A stretch of 64,000 bases of DNA from Octopus vulgaris (taxonomy: Eukaryota): the NCBI GenBank assembly GCA_951406725.2, contig OX597817.1, forward strand, positions 103,788,001 through 103,852,000. The letters run 5' to 3'. Below are positions 41,351 to 54,185 of the stretch, one piece after another; position 1 is the first letter of the stretch, and each line of letters starts with the position of its first letter. A model generated the notes under the pieces. It was not told the DNA's origin and searched no databases. It saw only the letters and a program-made list of their open reading frames with translations. A program made the translations under genes and the position numbers.

Positions 41351-43110
41351 TTCTGTTTTAGGCAGTTATTACATATCCCAGGGCTCTAATAATTACAGGA
41401 TAGAGTGACTGCAGATTTTTCAATAGTTCAGCGTAGGTGTTCTCTTTTTTACTGATCTTCAGCTTTATGTTAACATCTGTTGGAATGCTAATTTCCACTT
41501 CTGTGCACAGTTTCTCCTCTCTATCTCAAATCATTATATCAGGTCTGTTGTGTTTACATTTTATTGAGGTCTTCACTGGCGCATTCCACCAGTATTCCTT
41601 TTTATTATGAGTGGCTATGGCTTCTGCCATATTGTGAGTTCTTATTTTTTTGTCCTCGGAATTATCCTTCCGGTGGATTTAAATATAGTGTGTCCTAGCT
41701 ACAACGCCATGTCTCATCGGTAGATAATATTGTGATGACATTTTCGGACAACTGCTTATGATGTAGGTGTTATCTTCAGTGTGAACTCCACAAAGTCTGC
41801 ACCAGTTGTCACATTTTACCGCTTTTCTTACAACTCTATCCCTTTTGTGCATCAGGTATTTGATTGATATTTCCTGTTCCTAGATTCAAACGCATACCCT
41901 TCAAAATGGGAAGTAGTAATCTGGTCTATGATAAACTGTTTCGATGAACGATGTTACTATCATCTCGGAGCTTTCTAGTAACATATCCATGCATAGTCTT
42001 CCACTCATATAGACTCATCTTTTCATCTGATCATACGTTGCGGTAGAGTCGTGCGACTTCTATGGGCATGTGTTCTAGGTTATCAGACAAAGAGTGTTTC
42101 TCAAGGAGCTGCCTTCCATGTCTTTAGAATGTTATCAGCTTCATGTATGCAAACTTTGTCAAGAGATGCACCTCGATATTTGGTGGTTAAAAGATGTTGC
42201 AGAGGGGATATGATGCGACATTCAAAGGCATTTTGGATCGATGTTAAGCCTCTTCCACCTTGTTTTCGTTTAGGTAGAGGCGGTCTAAATCATTGTTTAT
42301 GTGGAAATTATGTGTGCTTGTTAGTATTTTTCGGGTTTTCATATCAATGGCTCGGTTCTTATATAACAACATTTATCCTGGCCAAACTCCGACCCTACAT
42401 CCTTTGAGAATGTTGTAACTAGGTCAAGTTTTCATCTCATGTATATTCTTTTCATAAAGGGTTAAGTCATCCACAAAGAAATATTGTGTAATTTTGTTAT
42501 TTCCGTTTCCTTGTGAACCAGTGAGATATCCTTCAAACTTCCTTAACATGAATGACAAAGAGTTTACAGAAAGTATAAACAACATCACAGAGAGGCTGTC
42601 TCCTTGGAATACGCCTTTGCGATACTGTATTCTATCGATGATAATAGTCACTCTTTGTGTTTAATTTCAAGACGGCGGCCCACGATGAAGTCAGGTCAGC
42701 TATGGCTATGACTATTCTCACTGGAACTTTAGCAACTTGGAGGGCTTCTAGCATCCATGAGTGGGGAACAGAGTCAAAGGCTTTCTTGTAGTCTAGCTAC
42801 ATTGATACTAGGTCCCTCCTATGCTCTCGAACCTGCTGTCTCCAAACATCATTTCTATCTCCTTATTTACTTTCTGTTGGTGGGAATTATAGTGATTTGT
42901 TTGTTTGCATGCAATAAGCATCATCACATTGATGGTCTTCCGTAAACCAGTTACCTTTTTCTCTCACTTCAAAATTATGGTACTTTCTTCATTTCGGTTT
43001 TATTTACTTTTTGAATATCATACCAGTATGTGGGTTCATTTCATTGTTGTAAATACTTATCACCAATTTCGTTAACAGCTTTTAATACCGTATCTAGTGG
43101 GTTTTTTCTA
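41350..43110 (-). mobile_element. Decayed RLE-type LINE (R4/Hero/NeSL-like)
   Basis: RT: KGVFQGDSLS, FFVDDL; CCHC-like CRLCG...SSC...RH; restriction-like endonuclease RPDIMI...EISIP...K. Confidence 0.82.
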
Positions 43111-43227
43111 CTTTGGTTGAGAATACTCTCTCGAGGAGAGAGTACTTCAAAGCCGAAGTTATTTTTTCTCAGAAAATTACAATAAGAGCAAATTTCACCG
43201 GCATATAATCCTGATTACCAATGTATG

Positions 43228-43258
<31 letters not shown>

Positions 43259-43940
43259 GCATGTATGTATATACATATCTGTATATATATGTACTGAACG
43301 AATAAGTGCCTTTCTGCAGGGACTCCATTTAGCTATATATCTTTTTAACGTGGACCCTTTTTTTTACTTCATTCTTCTCCAAGGGCTTCCCGCGAAAGCT
43401 ATCCAAGAGTGTGGTAAACTGATCTTCACTGACTCTCACAGCATTCTTCAAAATGTTATCGCCTATACTTAACACTAGCACCCTATAGACTGCAAAAGAT
43501 GGTAGCATTACACACACGTGCACGTACGTACTCACACACACAGATATACACAGGCATACGCAGATACACACACACAAATTATCATAAGCGCATATGCATA
43601 TTTATTCATATATGTGCGTATGTGTATGTATGTGTGAGTGAAGGCGTGGGTTTGATTCCACGGCAGAGTGGTGCTCTGACTCCTTGAGTAACGTACTTAA
43701 TTTCACTTTGTCCAATCTATTCACCCGAAAATGAGTATCAGCCTAGTGTTGGTGCAAGCCACTCGCATTCCGCTGTTACATTCTAAATGTTCTCCTGGGT
43801 GAAGGGTGACAGGACCGTGAGGGAGTCCACGTCTGCTCGCGACTAGATAGCTACATAGGTCCCTAAAGCTATTTGGGAAAAGCATCGTACATGTCAACAA
43901 GTCACACTCGCCAGTGAGTGATGGTTATGTATGTATATAT

Positions 43941-44177
43941 TCTTTTATTCTTTTACTTTCACTCATTTGATTGCGGCCATCCTGGGGCTCTGCCTTTAGT
44001 CGAACAAATCGACCCCAGGACTTATTCTTTGTAAGACTAGTACTTATTCTATCTGTCACATTTACCAAAACGCTGTTACATAAACACACCAGCATCGGTT
44101 GTCAAGCGATGGTGGTGGGGACAAACACACACACACACAAATATATCATATATATATATATATATATAATATATATA

Positions 44178-44227
<50 letters not shown>

Positions 44228-44365
44228 CTGACTTCTTTCGGTTTCCGTCAATCGAATCCACTCACAAAGCTTTGGTCGGCCCAAGTCTATAGTAGAAGAC
44301 ACTTTCCCAAGATGGCACGCAGTGTGACTGAACCCGGAACTATGTGGTTGAGAAACAAGCTTCTT
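43941..44365 (-). mobile_element. SINE family A, head interrupted by an ORF1-only element
   Basis: Ends at GAGAAACAAGCTTCTT, the site equivalent to 38745 and 62856. Confidence 0.88.
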
Positions 44366-46100
44366 TTATTCATTAAATTGGCCATAAAGGCCTTACAAAG
44401 AAAGGAAACTGGGCTGTACAAGGACATAATGAGATGAAATGATAGACGATATGATAATAATGAGGGCAACAGCAACGCCCGCCAATTGTTGTTTACCCGA
44501 GAACATTATTCTTTATAAGTATCATATTAAAGCAACAAATCATTTACATAGTAAAACATCAAGGAGGCAATAAACCTCTTACATTTACAGCACAAAAAGC
44601 CATTGTGATACAATAAACCTCTTACACAAGTCAATTATAAATAAATGAAACATTACAACTGAGGCACCAAGTTGTAATTATTTTAATTAGTTACAAATCT
44701 TCCTGCCCAACCAGACTTCTCGCCTCAGTTAAACAACTGGACGGCACCAAGTCGGGCCAATTTAGCATGAATCTGAAGGTATCCTTAGGGAAGGAGTTCA
44801 ATATCCTGAACAGGTCGTTCTCCCCCATGACCTTCACAGCCACCTGCGAAGTCCAGTCAGGGTCCTCCGTGCAGGACAGAATCTCCTCCCTTCGGCCCTT
44901 CGTTTTGAGCTTCTTAACAAAGTCCTCTAATGTTCCTCCCTTATGGAAGAGGATCACAAATTCCTCCTCCGTATCATGGGGGATGTACAGTTTCCACCGT
45001 TGGTGGCACAACTCCCACCAAAGGTGTTTCGGGACACTCCGGCAGTGTATCACAAACCGCTGGCAATGTCCCGTTTTTCTTTTTTATTTCTTTTTTTTTT
45101 CCTTTGACCTACGGGAGGGTGGAGTTCCTCCGCTTTGTCCAGTAGATCCTCCCTCCCTTCCGTAGCCTTTGGATCCTTCGGTAGTGGTATCTTTATCAAC
45201 TACTCCAGGGCCTTATTTTGGTCCTTAGAGCAGTTCTTTTTGATATGGCCCGGTTTCAGGCACAGGTGACACTTGAGGGGGGGCATCCCTCAAGTATCAC
45301 CGGATACCTAGACCCGGCCATTCTTAAAAAATCTGGAAATACCAGATTTTCGGCTGATTGGGTCCATATGGTCAAAACAGCTTTTGATCACTCCCAATCA
45401 GCCTCAGGCAGAATGTTCACAATGAGGAGCTTGGTACTGCTGCCACCTAGACCCCGGCGGATAGTATCCTCTATCCACTCTGGCTCAATTCCGGGTGGCA
45501 AACCGCAGACCCAAGCCCTCGTCAACAAAATTTCCTTGCCCTCCTGGGGCTGGCTCGCGAATTCGCAAGCCTCTTAGAGGGAGGCAAACAGCAACCACAC
45601 CGTTGCATATTTGACCCCAACCCCGAGAGATAAACTTAATGGTTGGCATATATTCTGCCAACCCCTTCTCAATCCTTTTTTTTTCCAAAGATGACGATGG
45701 TGTCGAGGGACTTGGAGTAAGTCTTCAACACCACCGTCTTCTTTTTAAATTCCTGTAACCACTTTTTGGGTGGTGTTATTTTCCATTCTATAAGTTTCTC
45801 TTTGTTCTTTGCCATGTGAAAACATTAACCGTTCAAGTCTCAAATTAAATCAAATTTGGAGGCAGCATACGCCTCCAAACAGCAATTCTCACAATTAAGT
45901 GAGAAAAAAAAATGCTCCACTGCAGTGAGGACTCCTTACTTGTGCAAAAATAAATATCACAAACAACGAACCCCCACTAGACCCAAAAAGCATAAAACCT
46001 TACCTTACAATAGAGCCTCTTTCAGTAACAACTTTCGTCCGCTGTAGACCAGCGTGGCGACTTCTATAGGTGAGTGAAGAAAACTAAACGACCGGAACCA
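44366..46100 (-). mobile_element. Non-autonomous Tx1-related element (ORF1-like only)
   Basis: VCGLPPGIEPEWI and CHLCLKPGHIKKNC knuckle; no EN or RT motifs seen; 3' tail homologous to 38746-38790. Confidence 0.72.
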
Positions 46101-46129
46101 GAAGCTCCTGTATATATTTATAAAAAGGG

Positions 46130-46392
46130 TAAAGGATAAAGGCTCAGTCTGTCATAATTGATCATGGGATTGCACGTAGGAAGTTACTCTCCGAGGCACA
46201 AGTCCGAGCACAGTTGTTTATGGAAAGGCAAAGGCTGATACAGCTTGGCACCAGTGCACCAGTGACATCGCAACTCATTTCTACAGATGAGTAAAATAAA
46301 GTGTCTTGCTTAAGAGCAGAACACACAGCCCGGTCCGGTATTCAAACTCACTGCCCCGTGATTGTCATCCTGATGCTCTAATCATTGAGCTA
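46130..46392 (-). mobile_element. CORE-like SINE (family E), decayed
   Basis: AAGTGTCTTGCT...ACACA...TTCAAACTC...CTCTAATCATTGAGCT is a reversed tRNA head plus CORE-like segment. Confidence 0.6.
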
Positions 46393-46429
46393 TGTGCCTT
46401 ATACAGACATGCACGTGTGTATAAGTATG

Positions 46430-46486
<57 letters not shown>

Positions 46487-47019
46487 GCGATACATACATA
46501 CATACATACATACATACATACATACATACATACATACATACATACGGGTGTATTCATGTCTGGCAAAGAAAGCTGGTTAGCCAATCAAGAATTGATGCAG
46601 CACGCATAGACTTGGCTAATAGCTTCGACCACATTGATTACGAATAGGGCGCAAGCTACGGGATATCAATATAGTTTTAAAAAACTGGGAGAGATTATTT
46701 AACTTATGATGCTAAGGAACAGAAGTTAATATGGTACTCTTTGAATAATGTCAATGATCCAATCTGGAATACTTTAAGAAGTAGTTTTGGACTCTTTATT
46801 GATTGTAATTACTCTCGCAGCTGTATGGTTAATTTCAAAAATAACACTAAATAACTATACTGTTTATACCAAAATTTCAATAGCAACCAAGAGTTCTAAT
46901 GAAATCAAAAGCGTACGTAAGGATCTCGATGTTATATACTAATACACTTGAGTTGATTAAAATTATACAAAATGTTGTTAGAAAATATCAAGCGCTTAAT
47001 GGCTCTGAGTAACAAAACT

Positions 47020-47058
<39 letters not shown>

Positions 47059-47085
47059 TTCATTTAGTTGTCTTTAGTCTGTTAG

Positions 47086-47493
47086 TGTTATTTCCTATTT
47101 GCTCGTATGTAGAAATCAAAGGAAATGACCACTATTCCTTTCAGACTTTGCTTTTGTAAACTGGACATCAGCGTTTTGAAACTGACTCATTTTCCATTAC
47201 ATTTCAGACTGATTCAGTGCTGAGTTGCTTAAGCAGAAATATCGTTATATCAAATATTCTGCTCAATACCACTGATTTGCTTGTCAGCTGCCTGACCTTT
47301 ACCACTTGAGCATGTCTTTTAGTAGCTGACAATATATGCATCTCTGATATTGAGCAGTAGTGTAGCTGAAGAGCATCACACCCATGTGTTGAGAGGGATT
47401 CTTTGGAGTTTAAACAGATTAACAAAAGCAAAGTTCGACGGAAATATTAGCAGTTTTTCATACTTTCTAAGGGTAAGCAAATAGGAAATAACA
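47086..47493. mobile_element. Foldback/MITE-like element
   Basis: Inverted repeats TGTTATTTCCTATTTGCT/AGCAAATAGGAAATAACA and ACTTTGCTTTTGT/ACAAAAGCAAAGT, plus internal hairpins. Confidence 0.65.
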
Positions 47494-47582
47494 GATGCTA
47501 TCCAACGACAAAAGCTGTCATTCATCAAATACATTGCTGAGTGAATACTAAGTGGCAGCAGTAAGAATAATCCTAGTGTTAT

Positions 47583-47786
47583 AGGCGTAGGAGTAGCTGT
47601 GTGGTAAGTAGCTTGCTTACCAGCCACATGGTTCCGGGTTCAATCCCACTAGGTGGCATCTTGGGCAAGTGTCTTCTGCTATAGCTTCGGGCCGACCAAA
47701 GCCTTGTGAGTGGATTTGGTAGACGGAAACTGAAAGAAGCCCGTCGTATATATGTATATTTATATATGTGTGTGTGTGTGTGTGCG

Positions 47787-47868
<82 letters not shown>

Positions 47869-48068
47869 TGTGTGTCTGTGTTTGTCCCCCCAACATCGCT
47901 TGACAACCGATGTTGGTGTGTTTACGTCCCCGTAACTTAGCGGTTCGGCAAAAGAGACCGATAGAATAAGTACTAAGGTTACAAAGAATAACTCCTGGGG
48001 TCGATTTGCTCGACTAAAGGCGGTGCTCCAGCATGGCCACAGTCAAATGACTGAAACAAGTAAAAGAG
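47583..48068 (+). mobile_element. SINE family A, full length, long internal (TG)n
   Basis: Well-preserved copy; B-box GGTTCAATCCC. Confidence 0.93.
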
Positions 48069-48321
48069 TTAGTGTCTGCGCGAGACCAGTTAATAGCAAT
48101 TAGAAAAATACTAACAACTGGTATTTTACAAAAGCGCACAAAAAACCAACATGATAGATCTTGAGACATTGTCGCCGTAGGTTGGAATACTTCCCTTAAC
48201 TATAGTTCTGTTGCGCTCTCATGGTAGACATCCGATGATTCTTCACATAGAATATAGCATTTATGCAATGCTATAAGAAACAATTGAGAACATGGAATAA
48301 TTTACATGAGAAATTATTCAG

Positions 48322-48507
48322 AGGCGCAAACGTGGCGGTGTGATAACAAGCTTGCTTCCTAACCACACAGTTCCGGTTTCAGTCCCACAGCGTGGCATCT
48401 TGGACAAAAGTGTCTTCTAATATAGTAGATTAGGATTTGGTAGATGGAAACTGAAAGAAGCCCGTCCTATATGTGTGTGTGTGCGTGCGTGTATGTGTAT
48501 TTGTGTG

Positions 48508-48578
<71 letters not shown>

Positions 48579-48770
48579 GTGTGTGTGTCCCACCACCGCT
48601 TGACAGCCGGTGCTAGTGTGTTTTGTCCCCGTAACTTAGAGGTTCGGCAAGGGACCGAAAGAATAATTGCCAGGTTTAGTAAAATATTAAGAGCTGCGGT
48701 CGACTAAAAATTCTTCAATGTGGTGCCCCAGTATGACCGCAATCTAGTGACTGAAACAAGTTAAAGATAA
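48322..48770 (+). mobile_element. SINE family A, older copy
   Basis: Family similarity. Confidence 0.85.
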
Positions 48771-49252
48771 AAAAAATAAATAGTACTCGCACCAAAAACT
48801 TACACATAAAAAAATTGTGTGTCATTACATAGGACTAACAATTCCGTATTTTCCCGAGATTCTAACTAAATACTACAATAGCCCATCTACTCAATACAAT
48901 CTCACACAACATGAGGAACCTGCATGGAGTGGATTTCAAAATATTCAAATATCACTGAAATGCATATGATACCGGATAAATTTACATTATTCGTGGAGAC
49001 ACAATTGAAGTCAACCACGTCAAAATCTCTCACTAACCGGATACAACATAATATATTAACATAATTAACACACTATTGAAGGAGATCAAAATTTGATGGT
49101 TGAGATCAATAAGAGTCTAAAACAGTAAACCGGAAGACATTGCGCTTCAAGAAACTCAGAATTCACGTGGGCGAGCATGTATATGTTTTTGTTTGTGCAT
49201 CTGTTTGTGTGTGAAACTTATCACACACATACACACACACTTATAAAAGATA

Positions 49253-49458
49253 TCGGAGAACGGAGTAAGCAAATAGCATTTATTGCTTGGTTTACAATTG
49301 TTTCACCGATTTCTATTATTACCATTCTTGCATCGTGTCATTACCATATCTACAATTAATGATTTGGTAACGACATGCTGCAAGATTGGTTACAATGGAA
49401 ATCGGCGAAATAATTGTAAACTAAGAAATAAATGCAACTTGCTAACTCCATTCTTCGA
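49253..49458. repeat. Long imperfect palindrome (~94-bp arms)
   Basis: 49253-49346 is the reverse complement of 49365-49458 with scattered mismatches. Confidence 0.9.
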
Positions 49459-49778
49459 ATGGTTTGTAGATTTGGGGATTATTGGAGCAGTGGTGTCTTA
49501 AGAGACATTCCCACTTTTCAGATTTTAGATAACCATCATCCGTAGTAGTGATCATGCGGTGAATGCCTGGATTATATATCCCAGTTCGGGTGCGATAAAA
49601 TAAAGTACCTATGAAACACTGTCGTTGATGAAATCAAGTCGTCCACTCTCCTCAAAAGTGTTGGTCTTGAAACCTGCAACGGACCAGCGACCCATTCAGC
49701 AGGGCTCGGTCATTTATACGCTATGGAAACCGGGTAATCGGTATTATGAGTCCATGGGTCAAGAAATAGATTGATAGC

Positions 49779-49884
<106 letters not shown>

Positions 49885-50082
49885 TGTTAAATACACATAC
49901 TAATGTATATGGTTTGTGTATTTTCCGTTGGCTGCGATGGCATAGCGGAGTATATAACTTTCATGCTGCTGGTGTTAAGATACCTTAGAGTCATGGACAG
50001 ACAAGACAACTCTCCCTCAATTCCATTTGGGAGTGATGGACATTGATGTTTGCAGCACCGGAAAATGCACAAAACATCTATA

Positions 50083-50657
50083 CAGTAATCTCTCGACTAT
50101 CGCGGGTGTTACGTTCCAAAACCTCCCGTGATAAGTGAAAATCCGCGAAGTAGAAACAGTACAGTATATATTTTTTATCCTTTTTATAATTTGTATATAT
50201 TTATTTTATTATAAATGCAAAGCAATACCACACACTCGCATCCCCAGTTTCGTTTTCCATACAGTATGTGCGATTCTTTGTTTACTCATCTACGGTACAC
50301 TACGTATTTTCCTTTAATATATTTTAACTAATGTGTTATACAGTGCAGTACTGTACTCTATTTATATTTATTAATTTATTAATTTTTAGGCGTGAAAATG
50401 CTTATTTTACCACAGAAATAATTACAATCTAAAAAATATAAATACCTATCAGCCGCAGAAACCCGCGATATGCTGAGGAGTCGGCGATATAAATTTACAT
50501 ATATTAGCCAGAAAAATTCTCAATGTACTGAGTGCGTGATTGGAGAACCGCGATGTACTGAGTGCGTGATAGGTGAACCGCGATAGGTGAACCGCGATAG
50601 GTGAACCGCGGTAGGTGAACCGCGATAGGTGAACCGCGATATGGCTAGGGATTACTG
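50083..50657. mobile_element. Tigger/pogo-type MITE with TA TSD
   Basis: TA|CAGTAATCTCTCG...AGGGATTACTG|TA; internal GAACCGCGATAGGT tandem. Confidence 0.88.
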
Positions 50658-50819
50658 TATATGTATTTAATAATATTTATTAAACTAGGGTTGTTTTTAC
50701 TTCATATGTAAATTTTCTCTTAAGTATGCAATTTCCGGACATACCAGCTCATGATTTTACAAGCCATGAGCATATAGATCGTGGACTGACTAGTTGATTC
50801 GCCTTCAACACAAACGACT

Positions 50820-50870
50820 GTGTGATGCTGACAAGCCACAGAAATGGCGAAACATCGATGTCCATCACAC
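50820..50870 (+). ncRNA. Type I hammerhead with one core substitution
   Basis: GTGTGATG-CTGACAA-GCCA cagaaa TGGC-GAAA-CATCGATG-TC-CATCACAC. Confidence 0.82.
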
Positions 50871-51167
50871 CCTAATGGGACTGAGGGTGAGTTACCTTGC
50901 CTGTCCAAGACTCTAAGGTGTTTTAACACTGGCGACATGAGAGTTATATACTCCGCTACGCCATTGCAGCCAATGGAAAACACCCAAAACATATACATCA
51001 GTAGATGTATTTAATAATATTTATTACACTAGAGGTGTTTTTACTTCATATATATATATATTCAGAAAATAAGCGGCAACACAAAGGAAAATTCTCGCAC
51101 AAAACATGGATGTTGCTCATTCCTTGTCAGTTATTGTCTAGAAAATTCTTACAATTACACGCCTTAC

Positions 51168-51180
51168 AGACAGACAGACA

Positions 51181-51212
<32 letters not shown>

Positions 51213-51292
51213 AGCAGGCAGGCAGGTGGGTAGGTAGGTAGGTAGGTAGGTAGGTAGGTAGGTAGGTAGGTAGGTAGGTAGGTAAGTAGATT

Positions 51293-51339
<47 letters not shown>
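51168..51339. repeat. Compound tetranucleotide array (GACA)(GGCA)(GGTA)(GATA)
   Basis: Direct read. Confidence 0.9.
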
Positions 51340-51341
<2 letters not shown>

Positions 51342-52747
51342 AATAAAAGAAATGAAATTAAAAATGCAGCACGGGACCCAGGAAATTCTAAATTACATAT
51401 TAATAAGGTTACAAAAATTCCTTATGGCGGAAATCTTAAAACACAAAGTCGTGTATCCAGCGAATAGACAGAAAGATACGAATAATAACTCTCGCTAAGA
51501 CGCAACAACTCCCCCAAAACACAAGCATTCAAAATTAAAGCCATTTGCATGGAATATATTGCCATCTTGTGCCTATACATATGACATCCAACTCAATCAA
51601 CCGGCCCACTGAATTACATACGTTCCTACTGCGTCTTAATACATATCCAAAGATCTTAATCTGTAGGTCTTAATGCACACAGCACACCGTGACACAAACA
51701 CCATACAAATAACTCATAGGGTGGTACAATAGCATCGCAGCCTAACAGCCTTCACATTAACACAACCAGGATTGACTGTCACATACCTCACCATGTTAAC
51801 TACAGCAACTTTATCACCCTTTGTTCCATATGTTTAACCACAACAACGAATGGTAATGAATTCATAAACACTTCTCTATATACATACCTTTTATTATCTT
51901 CCTCCTCGTCCTCATGGTCTTCTTTATCATCATCAGCATCGTAATAACTGGCAATCAATGAACATAAACGCACACACAACAACACAGTGGAACCATTGCT
52001 ACAAGCAAATAGAATTAACGATCGCCAAAGTCAGTGAAGAAGTCAATCCCTAGACACTGCAGTACACACATTCAAACTAACTCCAAACAAAGGTTTGTTC
52101 GATGATGAGGCTACACAGCTGCAATAATTAAAGCGCTAGCAAAGAAACAATAGGATGGATTCTGACGTCATTTAGAAAACTGTTCTGGGCAGTTGTTTTC
52201 CTGTAATGTTCCATTGTAGTTTAAAGTTTATTAACAGATTAGAGAACCAATGACTATTCATGAAGAATTTACAAAAGTTAATTTACCTAGGAAAAAGAAG
52301 GGAGTTTGAAATACTGTGTGATAGAGTGACTTCCGGTAAACTGGGCTTGGAAACAACAAAAAATGTAATCAGTGGCGCGTGGAATGGGTTTATGGTGGGT
52401 TTTGGCCGACCTAGCAGCCTTCTTCCTTATACGTATCACGCCGCCAATATATATTTGTAAATGGCTGCTCCGTGCGGTCTGCACACACTACATACTTCCC
52501 CTAGATTAATGAGAATAATCCCGATTAATGATCGAAAAATAAGTAATCTTCACGGAATAGCTACAAATGTTTCGGAGCTAAAATTCAACAAGCAACTCTG
52601 GAAAAAAAACAGTCTTGGAAGAACTGATTATACTTGAAAAAATTCACCATTTAACTTCGTTGCACAACAGAGAAAGAACTGTAATGATACCACCTATACC
52701 ACTTGAGAAGCTGTAAACAGGCAAAGAATACCACTCCCCACCTATAT

Positions 52748-53139
52748 GGAATAGAATGGAAGCACTCCGTCGGTTACGACGACGAGGGTTCCGGTTGATC
52801 CGAATCAACGGAACAGCCTACTCGTGAAATTAACGTGTAAGTGGCTGAGCACTCCACAGACACGTGTACTCTTAACGTAGTTCTCGGGGATATTCAGCGT
52901 GACACAGAGAGTGACAAGGCTGGCCCTTTGAAATACAGGTACAACAGAAACAGGAAGTAAGAGTGAGAGAAAGTTGTGGTGAAAGAGTACAGCAGGGATC
53001 ACCACCATCCCTGCCGGAGCCTCGTGGAGCTTTTAGGTGTTTTCGCTCAATAAACACTCACAACGCCCGGTCTGGGAATCGAAACCGCGATCCTACGACC
53101 GCGAGTCCGCTGCCCTAACCACTGGGCCATTGCGCCTCC
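52748..53139 (-). mobile_element. tRNA-derived SINE family C, full length with TSD
   Basis: Head GGAGGCGCAATGGCCCAGTGGTTAGGGC...GGTTTCGATTCCC; TSD CCACCTATAT at 52738-52747 and 53140-53149. Confidence 0.92.
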
Positions 53140-53488
53140 CCACCTATATATGATTGTGAGTATATATATTTGTGTGCATAATGTCATATGTATGCAACCA
53201 GTGACCAATCAGATGAAGTTATTACAGTAAGTTCAGCTTCCTTTACAAAAGGAAAATGATAAACGCACATATCATTATGCATATATCACCTGTAAATTAT
53301 GGTTATTATGTGACTCTTGGCTTTTTGAAACAGCTGTCGTGATAAGTCATCATATATTTTCTCAACATATATTTCTTTATTTTCATCCTGTATTTTTCAT
53401 GCTTCATATAAATAAATACATGCATTAAGCTTGTATTTATCTACCTTACTACCTCTCTCTTTCTCTTTGTTTGTGTGTCTGTATGTGC

Positions 53489-53554
<66 letters not shown>

Positions 53555-54185
53555 TCGTGTGTATGTATATATATGTATGTGTGTGTATGTGTTCATACGC
53601 ACACTCGCACTCATATATATTTTTTTTAATATTTGATTTGATCGCATACTATATTGTTTACTTGCTTAGGATATATTAAAAAAAATTTTCTCGTATTTTT
53701 TAACGATATAATATTTCATCGCAGTTCCAATCATGCAGTTCCAATCTATCTGAAGCGCTGCATGTAACCTTGGAAACATAACTTTGTTGCGATCAAACTC
53801 ACGGCGTTCCTTGGTTGGAATCAATCGCATAATTCCATTGCCGCGAAGAATAATATTGACCTATACAGTTTGATCACAACAACTACGTAACAATGGAAGA
53901 ATCTCTTATAAAAAGATTTCCTTTGAGATCGATGTCACATAGGAATATCAAGAACTGTGTAATCTAGCATATGACTCATGTATCTTAACATGCATAACTT
54001 GACACAAACGATAATATAATTCTATTTGTGTGATGTCTTAATCAGCCAAAAGTTCAAATATACTTGCAACTAAAATAAAGATCGGGAATCATTAAATAAA
54101 TATTTGATCGGTGAAGTGTGGTGTTTGTCAAACATAATTCAAACTAACTTGCTTCCCGGAAACATTTCAATACAGTAGGATACTA

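Noticed and set aside
46090-46112. 5' TSD for the ORF1-only element
   Set aside because: GAACCAGAAGCTCCT only loosely resembles GAAACAAGCTTCTT; too degenerate to call
50564-50641. Short tandem repeats as a CRISPR-like array
   Set aside because: No spacers; lies inside a eukaryotic MITE
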